From the NCBI GenBank assembly GCA_965649825.1, contig OZ287694.1, positions 371,197-435,196 of the forward strand: a DNA stretch of 64,000 bases, given 5' to 3'. The notes beneath the pieces are model-generated. The model was not told the DNA's origin. It saw nothing but the letters and a program-made list of their open reading frames with translations, and ran no database searches. Below, one piece after another: positions 26,261 to 37,602 of this stretch (position 1 is its first letter; each line of letters starts with the position of its first letter). Source of the stretch: Penicillus capitatus. Its lineage: Eukaryota; Plantae; Chlorophyta. The position numbers and the translations under genes are program-made.

Positions 26261-27782
26261 TTCTTTCTCGATCGAGTGCTTAAACGATGTTGCGTAGATT
26301 GTTAATGGTTTGTGATTTGAATCGTAGAAGAACGAAACTTTAAAAATGCAGAGCCTTTCGCAAAAGAAAGACAACAACTATACTTCTACAGCGCTTTTGT
26401 CACGCTCTCGCATTGTTGATGTCATCTCGTTTGGACTGTCACATCGTTCCTGCCTCGTTTTTACGGGGTCTGTCTTTCAAGAGGCGCTCGTACAAGGTTT
26501 ACGTCCTCTCAGGAGCACTTAGCTATGGCTCTGAGAGTCAAATGACTCGCCTGACCTGTGAAGTTATTGCACAATACGTGCATAAATGGGCGCATACAAA
26601 CCTCGAAACAACCTTGCCTTCCAAGCTGTCACGCGGATGCGCCGCGCTAAAACGTACTGCACAGCGGAAGACTTTGTTGTGTTTACAGAGCAGGTCAAGA
26701 AAAGTTAAGATTGTCCATTATATATGCGCGTGCTGAGGTGACTTTCTAGGCATATGAGTCAACCTGTGCGCAGAGCCGGAAGAAAGGAAAACCCTTTCAC
26801 AGAAGAAAAGCCTTTCTGATGTGACATAAGCGTCCTTCCCACTAGGGTGACCCACATAGAAGAAGGCAGTCACATCACCATGACGAATCTTGGCGACACA
26901 AGCTTCAAAAGTTTTCCACTGTTGGTTCTCTCGAGTGCGACCAGCGCCTCGACAGTTTTATAGTGTTTTAGTGATGTAATATCAAGGCGGCGCGAGATTA
27001 TTTTTAGTAACAAAAGAAGAATATTCCGGAATCTGCTCGGAATCTGTGATATAGAAGGCACGGGCCTATGTTTAGATTGAAAGGTGGAGGGAAGTCAACG
27101 AGAACCTACGACCTGTTATTTAGAGATTGACATACGTGTAAGTAGAAGATGAGCTCATTATTAAGAGCGATGTAGATTACCACAACAATGGAACGTGTCG
27201 GCGGAATTCGCGATTGACGTTGTCATTGGCCAGGGTGGAGAACAAACGTTTCAAAGGTCGGGAAGCAATCCACAACTTAAGCCTCCCCGCCTCATGACTT
27301 TCTAGGCAAATTAAACACCAAATCCCCATAAGCAGAAAATAGAATCTCCTAACGCACTCAGGCCCCGCGTGACATGACAGCTAGCGCCTCTTTTAAACAG
27401 ATGGCCCACCCTTTCACAACAAGACAGTCATATCGCCATAGAGAAGGTCTCGGTGACAGTGCGACATATATCGCTATGATTATTGGGCTGATGGGCATTT
27501 ACTTGGCATTTTGTGATCCTTGTGCTTAAGGCACACGCTTCGACCGTCGCTACGCATGGTGCAGAAGTCGGAGTAACAAGAAGAGCGAATATTCCGATAC
27601 CGTAGCGTGATTGGCCATCGGCTGGATCGACGTTTCCTTGCAGCTTCCTCTTCCGACGGTTGTTATTTAAAACTCGCGTCGCGATTGGCTAATCGAGCGA
27701 CACAATGCAGTGACAACGTCACATCAACTGAAAGGTATATAAGTGGTGACGCACTCCACTTTCCGTCATTCTTTCTTTCCGT

Positions 27783-28540
27783 GAGATACTCCCCTACAGT
27801 TGCGAAGTTCGAGTCCGATGCGTCGAACACGTCGTATTGGTTGTTCCGTCATACGAAGTACCAAAGTATCCTCTCGCACACCACCAAAGAGGACGCTGAC
27901 GTAGACGGCGGAAACCGCGTGCCGGTTGTGGCGCGGACCGTTGGGCGCATTTTAGAGGCGTCGGGCCCACCCGTAAGTCCCGAAGGCGATGCAGGGGGCG
28001 TCTCCATGAGGCGTCCACCTTTCCGACCTGTTCGAGGAATCCCAGGGGGAAGGACATCCGTGTGATTTCCTTTCTTTCCGGAGGGAAGGGGGGTCCTCGT
28101 GATCGCCCTTCCTTCTGGGAGATACTCACCCCATTTGCGCACTTCGAGTCCAAACGCACCGAACGTGGTATTCGTTGTTCCGTCAGTCGTGCTACTGACT
28201 AGAGTATCCTTGCGCACCACTTGAGACGGTACCGTAGACGGCGGAAACCGCACGACGATTTGGCGCGGACAGTTAAGCGGCTTCTAGCGTCGTCGGTGAT
28301 GGACTGAAACGACGGCAAATCAGAGACTAGTCTGCAGAATCGAAGACATCGAACAATCAATCATTAATCCGCGTTCGCCCGCCGTTTCTCTGCCTCCGCC
28401 TCGCATCCGCATGCGCGCCGACGGCGCCCGGCGCAGCGCGCCGCGCGCACACGACAGTCGGGCCCACTTGTAAGTCCCGAAGGCGATGCAGGGGGTCGTC
28501 TCCATGAGGCGTCTACCTTTCCCACTGGCGGTGGAATCCC
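27783..28540. repeat. Diverged direct duplication of about 260 bp; second copy interrupted by about 165 bp of GC-rich sequence
   Basis: Copy 1 is 27783-28043 and copy 2 is 28119-28540. Shared blocks: GAGATACTC, GTAGACGGCGGAAACCGC, GTAAGTCCCGAAGGCGATGCAGGGGG, CTCCATGAGGCGTC, GGAATCCC. Confidence 0.8.
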
Positions 28541-28561
28541 GTAAAGAAGGACATGATCTTA

Positions 28562-28899
28562 TTATGCTCGTGACAATCTTGTAAAAAAGCATTTCATCTT
28601 ATGCTCGTGACAATCTTGTAAAAAAGCATTTCATCTTATGCTCGTGACAATCTTGTAAAAAAGCATTTCATCTTATGCTCGTGACAATCTTGTAAAAAAG
28701 CATTTCATCTTATGCTCGTGACAATCTTGTAAAAAAGCATTTCATCTTATGCTCGTGACAATCTTGTAAAAAAGCATTTCATCTTATGCTCGTGACAATC
28801 TTGTAAAAAAGCATTTCATCTTATGCTCGTGACAATCTTGTAAAAAAGCATTTCATCTTATGCTCGTGACAATCTTGTAAAAAAGCATTTCATCTTATG
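28562..28899. repeat. Perfect 37-bp minisatellite x9, no spacers
   Basis: ATGCTCGTGACAATCTTGTAAAAAAGCATTTCATCTT starts at 28564, 28601 ... 28860, with period exactly 37 and identical units. Confidence 0.97.
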
Positions 28900-29093
28900 A
28901 TTTTCCAAAAACTCGGTCCAAACAACGGTCGGTGCGTTTGCCAACGCAACGTCGAGCCCGTGTTTCCTCGTGGCGGCACTAACACGGAACGGACAGACAA
29001 CTGACAGTGTAAACGTCGTCATCAGCCTCTTGCGGGGATGGTACGTGTCTTGAATCATTCCTCTTCTGCCCCTCATCATCTTGACAGCACTCT

Positions 29094-29160
29094 TAGGGGT
29101 CTGATGAGACGGGTGGCGCCGTCGAAACTGCTCGGTCACTCGACTGAACAGTCACCCTAG
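29094..29160 (+). ncRNA. Type I hammerhead ribozyme
   Basis: CUGAUGA at 29101-07. Stem II GACGG/CCGUC with loop GUGGCG. GAAA at 29124-27. Stem III CUG..UCGGUC(ACUC)GACUGA..CAG. GUC triplet with predicted cleavage after 29153. Stem I GGGU(29097-100)/ACCC(29154-57), extendable past a bulge. Confidence 0.88.
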
Positions 29161-30209
29161 CCTGAGGCGGTGTTGTGCGAATTCGCTCGAAAGGGCAAAG
29201 GGATGTGCGTTCGCGGTAGGCTGTTCGTTTGTGAAAACGTACAGATCGCAATTACGATCCTGTGATCCTGTGAACGTCGACCTGACGGCCGAGTCCGGAC
29301 CGGATAGCGAGTCGCGCAGGGGACTGTGGCCGAGCGATGTGACCCTGCCTAGTTTCTGAGGGGGCCACGTCCTGGGGGGTGTTGGTTGAGTCACCCGAGG
29401 CCATTTTCTCTGGCTCTGAGGTTAGGGTGATTCACCTGCCTAGTCCAGTCGCGTCATTATGCGGGTATTTAAGGCAAGAATCTGAACCACTGAACGCCTT
29501 GCTCTGTAAACGAGAAAGACTTCCGCTGTTATCGTTTTCGTTCGGCGCCTCTGCGCGACAGGGACTCCGTCGGCAATGCTATTTACATAGCTAGAGGACG
29601 AACACAACAGGGCAGTTCTGTTTAAATACCCAGCAGTGTGAGAGTCACATCATTATGCAAGCACATCGTCACTCACACCTCGCGTCATGCGCGTTCCAGT
29701 GATGTTCTGCTGGCGTGGCGCCACAAGGACGGTTGGCACGCCAGCAGCGACTCCTCGCCAGAAGACCCGAGGAGGAACCAGCTACCTCTCACACACACCT
29801 TTCACAGATCCAACGCGTCCGTTTTTTAATGTTCATTTTGTCTAGATGTCAGAGCGATGTGACTGTCGCCGAGCGATGTGACACTGCCTTGTTCTGTGGG
29901 GGTCAGCCATGCGCAGAGGCGCTGCCTGTCTTGTCAACTGTCGTCAACGGACCACTTTCTCTGGCTTTTGGGCGGAGTTGACTCACCCGTCTTATCAATG
30001 GGGGAAATTTATAGGACGCTTTGGGATACATGTTTGATTTTTGCGCACTCTGTAAGACCTTGTTTTCGGCCATCCTGGAACGCAGCAACGACGAGTAGGA
30101 ACCGCGACGCGGCAGCGAATCGACGATGACAGAAGAACCGCGGACGATGTCGACATATCTACTCGTGATCTGGACATCGGCCGAGCTCCGACACGTAAAC
30201 AGAAGACTT

Positions 30210-30247
30210 GAGGGTTTCGACGGTGCCACCCGTCTCGTCAGACCCCT
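30210..30247 (-). ncRNA. Second hammerhead catalytic core, inverted; no adjacent cis substrate strand found
   Basis: The minus strand reads AGGGGU-CUGACGA-GACGG-GUGGCA-CCGUC-GAAA-CCCUC. It differs from the first hammerhead at only 2 positions over the shared ~34 nt; the flanks are unrelated. Confidence 0.7.
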
Positions 30248-30479
30248 TCGCGTCGAGGCACCGAAACCCTCGACGCGATCCGGAAGAATCCGGATTGGCT
30301 AGGATGACCCCAAGCCCACCCTCCCCACCGAACCAGCGACGCGTCACCCGAAGGTGGCGTGGCACTAGCGCAGCAGAGCCGTATGCCTTAAGCGTCCGGC
30401 GGAGCGCAAACTTCGCAGCCAGGTGTGGAGGTCATCAGCGTCCCCGAAGGGAAGCCTCGCAACGCGCCTTCGACACTCC

Positions 30480-30797
30480 GAGTCCAGCGTCTAACAACCT
30501 TCGCAGGCGCCAACTACGGTGCGGTGAGTAAAGATCCACGGCCACCCCCCGACCTCGCCTCCCGCTCCCTAGAGGGGTTTTTGCCTCCCCTTAGCCAACG
30601 CATCGTGTTGGTCGACTTACAGCATGGTAGCACTGGCCTGGTAAGCGTTCTGAGTTCCGAATCCAGCGTCTAACGACCTTCGTAGGCCGTCAACAACGGT
30701 ACAGTGACTGAAGATCGCCGGCATCCCGCCCCGATGGGTGCCTCCCCGCAGCCAACGCATCGTGTTGATCGACTTACAGCATGTGGCAGCACTGCCC
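30480..30797. repeat. Diverged tandem duplication of about 150 bp
   Basis: Copies at about 30480-30637 and 30659-30797 share TCCAGCGTCTAAC.ACCTTCG and GCCAACGCATCGTGTTG.TCGACTTACAGCATG. Confidence 0.8.
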
Positions 30798-30987
30798 CGG
30801 AAAGCCGAGAGCGAGAACGCCACCAGTAGAACCGCCAAAACGACAAAAGACGAAATGCGCGTCGCGGCGATCCTTATATACCTAAAAAGTGATGTGACCC
30901 TCTTGTCACGTCAATCTGTTGACGGTTAAACCACCGAAGGTGCGTGTTGATTGGCCGAATCGACGAGAAATTGATGTGACAGCCGGT

Positions 30988-31086
30988 GATGGAATATTCT
31001 GAAGTGACGGATGGAATATTCTGAAGTGACGGATGGAATATTCTGAAGTGACGGATGGAATATTCTGAAGTGACGGATGGAATATT
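30988..31086. repeat. Perfect 22-bp tandem repeat x4.5
   Basis: GATGGAATATTCTGAAGTGACG starts at 30988, 31010, 31032 and 31054, with a partial copy at 31076. Confidence 0.95.
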
Positions 31087-34000
31087 TCGATACCGCCACG
31101 TGATTGGCTGTCGGCTGAGTCGGCCGAGAAGCTGATGTGACCGTTTTTCGAGCAGCGCAAGCCTCCTATTAGCTAATTCGGCGGGTGAATGACAAATCAA
31201 TTTACTAATCAGAGCGAGCACTCGGCTGCAACGTCACGTCACGCGCGACCATTCTCTACGCGCCACTCTACCCTACCTTCGAAGATCGTCTCAACCGGTC
31301 CCGTCAGGCAGAGGCCTCCGACTTGCAACAGCGAGGTGCCGAACGGGTCATCGACAACGCGGAGATCTACGGTTCGCAGCGAAGCTCAGAAGACGCCAGT
31401 GTCGACCTTGTAGCGCCGCGCCCAGAAGACATCCCTTCTCCCGGACCACCAGACGCCCCTATGATGACCAGACCTCCGAGAATGGTTTTGTGCGACAGTT
31501 GGCTTTCCGTGTTTGCACACTCATGTCTTCTGATATTTTCCTCTATCGAAGTCGAATATTTTCGGAAGTAAATGTCGCTCGGTCAGAGTCTTTTTAATGC
31601 GCTTTAAAAAAAGCTGATACGAGCAATGTTTTTTCGGACGGTTATTAGGCTTGTGGAACATCTTGTGTCTTCTGCTATTCGGTTTCTCCGGCAAAGCGAA
31701 ACCTTAAAGTCATTCTAGAACTTTGAGTCGTCGGCTTTCACTTCGTATGTGGCCAGAGGTTTGAGGCAGATTAGGGACGAGAGCACTTCCGACAAAGAAT
31801 TCCTGGAGTACGAAAACATTCGCGGTGCACACGTCTTGCGCACCTGGAATACTCCAGTCGAAGCACTCGTCAAGAAGTTAAGACACAGCAGGTATCCAAC
31901 ATCTCCCTCGCGGTGATGTTATGTGTCTCGCATCCTTGGATGGCATCGACTTCATAAGGTCAGCGATAAACGGAAAATGACGATTTGGACGCTTGTCGAT
32001 CTTATTTGGTTGGCTTTGGAGGCTCTTTCTCCAAACCTCGAAGAAGAAGCATGTGTAGTGGCCGAAGGAACTAGGGAGCACCAGCCTGAAGAGCCTGAAT
32101 ATGTGTTGGCCGAAGATAAGCAGGAAGTCTCGTAATGAAAAATAATAAAATGAAGCCGCGATCTCGGCTCTTGTAAAAAAATGCGATATGTGTTCTCCGA
32201 CAAGCACCTACATCTCTGGTGTGTGTCCTTACGAGATCAATGTTCCTAGAATCGTAGTGGATTCCATAACTGTAACGCACATTAGCCGGTTTATATCGTG
32301 ACTTTGTCGACCGCCATTCTCTTGCTGTGCTCAAGGGGCGCTTAAAGGTTCGACGTTGGGTCTCAGTGTCTCTACTGGAAAACAAGGCATTAACATAGCA
32401 CAGCCTGAGTATGCAGCCAGTCCTGTTTTGGTGACGATTGGAAGGTACATAGAAAGAGAATCAGCGCACTTATTGATTTCACAGGCCAAGAGTGCAGGTT
32501 CTCCTTGCTTGATGGAACGTCTGCCCCGTTTGAAATGGTTGCTGGAAACACAATGCTTTCTAAGTGGTCTGACATTACGTCTTATGCAAACGAGATTTCT
32601 AACGAGAGAATTTTTGGCCCTCTGCTTAAAACGACTTCCCATGTTTCCACGTGGCGACGTTCGGCGATAACAGATGGTGTTGTAGTATACAATGTGTATA
32701 ATCAACGTATGTTCGACAACGTAAAGATAACAATCATGCTCATGTAAAAAGCTGTGAAGAAATACGGCGACAGTGTAGAGGGAATGATCTCTTGGTCGAA
32801 AATGCTGAATGCGGTTAGGTGGCAGAATCCATCGTTGCCATGGCAAACGTGAAACGCACTGGTTCATGCTCAATGAACGTCACAGGATGGATCGATCAGC
32901 TCGACAACCAGTGCCAACGACTCCATTGCAGAGACAGACACATCGTTACGAAACCTGTTGTGCTAACGACGGCGTCCTGCTTTGACCCTCGCACTCACGA
33001 CCAAAAGGAAAAATCCACCCTTCAGGAAGCCGGAGGATGACTCTGTCACTCTCGTCACCGGGAAGAAATCGGCTCCCCAATTCTCTCCTGTGCGTGCGAG
33101 GACTTCATTCCTCCCTTCAGAGAAACCACAGTTGTTCTGTTCGCTGCAAAACGACGACAGACTGCAGATCTTTACCCACGCGGATACTCTTGGTGTCATC
33201 TTTGAAGTTGATAAGAGTGAATTCGAGATCGACCTTCATCTGCACCACGTTCACTGCATTGAGACAAGCCTCCAAGGCTCCATCATCCCCGAGCTTGGCA
33301 ATGATCTTCCTGAACCAGGGGTCAGACAGCAGCAAACAAAAAACAGCTGTCTTCTCGCACCAGTCGGCGTTGAAAAAGCTAAAGATCTCTGAGATGAACA
33401 CACTCCTCAGCGGCGACGGGTTCAACAGCGATCGATACAGAAGAACCTTCGCAGAAAAGAGAGATTGGGAAGAAAGCAGACAACACAGAAGGAGCACACC
33501 TCATAAGACAAACAGCAACCGTTTGCGACGACTGAGTAGGCATGTACCACTCTTTTGTCGCCCGATCCCCATCTCACTACCATTGAACCGCAGATGAAGC
33601 AAAAACTCAAAGGCAGTGCCTACCTCTATCTGCTGCTCTCGGCTGCGAGACAAGACAGGAGAAGATATTCTCCCCTTCTTCTCTTCTATCCTGCAGCACC
33701 TTTGCAGCGAAGTGTTCGGGACTCCAAGAGGAGAGTGTCAGACACAGGATCGTCCAATCACACGCCTCGGCGCATTCCGATGCTTCTGCAGGATCGTTAG
33801 TGTACTCCAGTATCTGGACGCTCACGATCCCAGACGCGGAATCGAGTTCCTCGGCAATATCTGCAGGAACGAGATCAACGGAGTTTCTTGCGATTAGCAG
33901 AGCAACTTTTGTGATGGTTGCGATACGCCGATCGGTGATGCGTCATAGAGATCTCGCCAGTCAGCCAACAAGTGCGGTGTCTGATGCCGTGCAAGAAGAC

Positions 34001-36419
34001 TTTCAGACCGCTGCATTCCGTTTCCGTTTTGCTAAGGCGAATCTCCAATTCTCTGTTCAGAGAAGCAAACAGCCATAATTAAGGAAGTGAACACCAGTGC
34101 TCACTCACAGTTTGTATCCTCCCACCTCCAGTGTTTCTTTTGTCAAGCTAAAGGGACTCATCCCTTGCAGGTTCTTGAGCTTCCACTAGGAACACATCTG
34201 TCTTTCGCATAAGCATCTCTTCGCGTTGGACAAACCGCGCATGTTGTCGTCCTTCCGTTTTCAGTGATTTGACAGGACTCATTGAGCGGTGTCTTGATTC
34301 TCATCTGCAGACGCAAGAGGACAGCGTCGTCTTGGAGGAAACCCGATTCGACGCTGGTAATGTGCGACACGGCACCCATGACTAATTCCCTTCGACTGCC
34401 CAACCAACCGGAGCTTCTCACACTCCCTAAGACAGCAACAACCTTTAGACAGCGACAAGGTCACACTTATGGATACCTTGACAGACAACGTTCCTTTCTG
34501 CGAGACGATTGCAAAGAGCAAAACTGTGGTACGCTTCGGCGCTGCTTTCAGTACGCGAAAGTAGGCATGCGTACAGTATTCCATCCGTGTGCTTGACGCG
34601 GACACGCCTTTAGCAAACGACGGTCCCCGTCGGTTTAGCTACGGGTTGAATTTCATGCGTTACCATTTGATACCATTTACTGTGAAGTCCTCCAGGTCAT
34701 GCGTCCGCTCCTTATCGAACAGAGAGCGGTGTAAACGGCACTGTCATGCATCCAACTGTCACCGACGCAGAGAGTGCGTGTTGAAAGGTTTACTTCGTAG
34801 GTCGCATACCAGTGGTGTTTGCGCAACACGAAAGAATATGGTATGCCCTTGGAGACACTGTGTCCTTCCTCTATATTAAACAACGCACTCGAGCTGAATG
34901 AAGTACGTTGCGCAGGTAATACCTTGAACTTGCATTGCGTGTTGCGATTCGAGTTTCTCGACAGACTTTTTGAAACCACACGTTTGGAGACGACTGCAGT
35001 CGGAGCAGGATACTGTTTTCTGCTCTCTGATCTTTCCCCTTAAGTAGAGAAAGGAAATAAGATTCGGTGCGGATATTCCATTTCCAGGTACGTTCTGGCG
35101 CCACTGGAACGCGTTTCATAACCCTTCTGTTGCCATCTGTTGACATCTATTGTGAACGATATATGACAATGACTGATGCGACGGCTTTACAGTCGACATT
35201 CTCCGTATCGGTCTGTTTTCAAGGCAGGCAATTCACGGCTTGACTCGTTTTGAACAACTTTCTAAGGACTGACTGGGCTCCATCGTCAAACCAAAGCTCC
35301 AGTTCACTTAAAGCGGTCTACGTTGTCCCCGAAGGGACGAGCGACAGCAGTACGTGTGAATTCACGCTGGACCAGGGGAGTTGTTTGTGCTTTTCCTCTG
35401 AGTCGAATGAGTTTACTTTTCTGTATCATCGTCTAACAGTCAGAAGCTTTTCCCTTTGTAATATAGCTTTCATCTAAAGGTTCTTTCGTCTATCGTTTCA
35501 GCGATGCGTGTTCCACAAAATTCTTCCTGTACGACACAGTTGTCGAACTATCCGAACGAACAAACTCCTCATACACCGAGCAAACGCACTCGATCAAATG
35601 AACGAATGCCTATGCAAACAAACAAATGAACGCTGCAGGTGTTGCTGAGGAGACAACTCTTGGGAAATCTGTCACTGGATGACAGGACAGGAGGACACTC
35701 AGGTTGAATATTTTCTGCCACCAAGCACCCTTTGAGCCTTCGACTGATCTGACGGTTTTGCACATCGTATAGGCGTCGACGGTCAACAGGATGCGCGCTG
35801 TAGCATCATGGTCATCGCTTTCAAACGATAAGGCAAAACGATTTGACAGCTTCCATCCTTTAATCCAGGCCTGGAGTGTTTGACGGCTAAGAAAGCGATG
35901 AAGTTCTCGTAGTGCCTCTGTAACGCCTGGCAGAGGAAGCACAAGCGTCGGTTTATCGCTCACTACGCAAATCTGACTGTAACGGCAAGTACGTCGTCCA
36001 CGTGTCGCCTCTCTCAGTGTTCGTTTTGTGGCAGAGGGCAAGTTTGTTAAGAGTTGTTGTGGGACACGACGCAAACGCCTAGTCGTTTGCTGCTTGTTCT
36101 GAGCCTTTCTCTATCTTTCCTTCTACACGGATTCGACCATTCTGCTGAGCGGCGCCCTCTGTATCGCGCGCATAGAGTGGAAGGCAGAGTCACTTGTTTG
36201 TTAGCAGGTTACGACGGATGTTGGGTCAATTCTCCTCGGAAAGCACCGCCAACTGAACAACGATATCTGTGATTGGAATGAAACCGATGCATGTTGTTTG
36301 CTTACCATGACTGGCCTTTAAAGCATCTGGAGCCCTCGGACAATTCTGTGGCAAAGCACATCAGCCGCCTCTACGTAATAACCCTCGCTCCCTTTATCTC
36401 CGTAACCGTTTGAACCCCC

Positions 36420-37379
36420 ATCGGCCACCGACATGTTCATCAACTGAGTCAGAGAGTGCGTGTACGGATATGAACTGCCAATGGTCATCGTCTGGTGCAA
36501 GACAAGATCTCAGAGCAAAGTTTGTTTGTGGACAGGGCGGGGCAGCATGGATGCTTTCTCCTTTTCGAGGAATATCGAGCATGCGGAACTGTATCCGAAA
36601 CCCAAGACGATGGATCGAATCTCACTGTCCGCGCCGATGCATTGGAATTGATCAAGGGGTTGACGCTGCGCCTGTTTGTGGATGTCCGAGTCACGCTGAC
36701 GAACTGCACACCTCAGACGTCGATTGGCGGGAGTATTCAGCTGATGGTGAGTGGCGTCATGCATCAGAAGAACTGTGATGAGGAACGTCTCTTCACCCAA
36801 GCACTGCTGCTGGCGTAACGGGATCAAGGGTATTACGTTTTGAATGATATGGTGCATGTGCATTCGCGCAGTTTGAGCTGAAAAGTGCTCAACTTCAGAG
36901 AGGATCAAAAGAAAACTGTAGAAACGCCTGTTGAAGCGTTAAAGGGTGTCATGACGTCGACAAAAGAGGCAGAAATGAAACAGGAGATGGTGACGGAGAC
37001 ACCGGAAACATCAGGACCCGTTACACTTGTTAAAGTGAGAAGAATAATTGCTCGACAGAATTGTGAAAGAGTGAGAAACGCTGTCTAGGAAGATAAGGAG
37101 GAAGATGTAAAAGAGGAGACGGTGGCGGTTGTAACGCCAGAAGAAGTGGCGGCGCCAGTTATCAGTCCGGAACAGAGAAACACTGAGCCACAGAAGACAC
37201 CGGCCACTTTGGAAGATGCAGCAGTGGGACCTCCAACGAGTCAGAACGTTGCGCCGATTGAGAAGCCTCCAACCATGCACACTCAGCCGCCGGCAAGTTC
37301 CCCAGGACCATCAAACCGCAAGACGTACAAAGATGCGTTGAAGACTCAGAGTCAGGCGCCAATAACGCAGGCCAAGTAG
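36420..37379 (+). pseudogene. NTF2-domain (G3BP/NTF2-family) pseudogene with P/E/T-rich tail
   Basis: TPQTSIGGSIQLMVSGVMH...RLFTQALLLA*RDQGYYVLND matches the NTF2 C-terminal signature (G.V.V.V.G...F.Q.F.LAPQ..GY(F/Y)VLND). In-frame stops of different types (TAA ~36816, TGA ~36878, TAG ~37086) interrupt one frame. Confidence 0.7.
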
Positions 37380-37602
37380 AGAAACATGAGGACTTCGACC
37401 TGCTTGCTGTCCTGTTGCACGACTTCCTTCATGATGATGATGAAATCAAAGAGAAATAATTGAGAGATCTTGTTTTAGTGATCGTCTGTATTGTGTGGAC
37501 GAGACGGCGATAAAGATACGAAATAGTATTCATGAATTGTGTCTTCGCGCGTATGATCGAGGAGGGAGGCGGCTTATCTACACAGATGATGTGTACAACT
37601 CC

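Noticed and set aside
26842-26855. Exact reverse complement of the hammerhead 3' arm (GTCACCCTAG) as a distant substrate for the second core
   Set aside because: A 10-nt match is plausible by chance in 64 kb, it is 3.4 kb away, and stem III would contain a mismatch.
28562-28899. 37-bp repeats as a CRISPR array
   Set aside because: The units are directly adjacent with no spacers, there are no cas genes, and the context is eukaryotic.
29160-30210. Endogenised viroid- or Obelisk-like rod-shaped genome between the two hammerheads
   Set aside because: I saw no extended self-complementarity between the two ends and no substantial ORF.
36816-37088. TAA/TAG read as Gln (alternative nuclear code known in some ulvophytes)
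   Set aside because: TGA stops interrupt the same frames, and intact genes end in TAA or TGA with no internal TAR codons.
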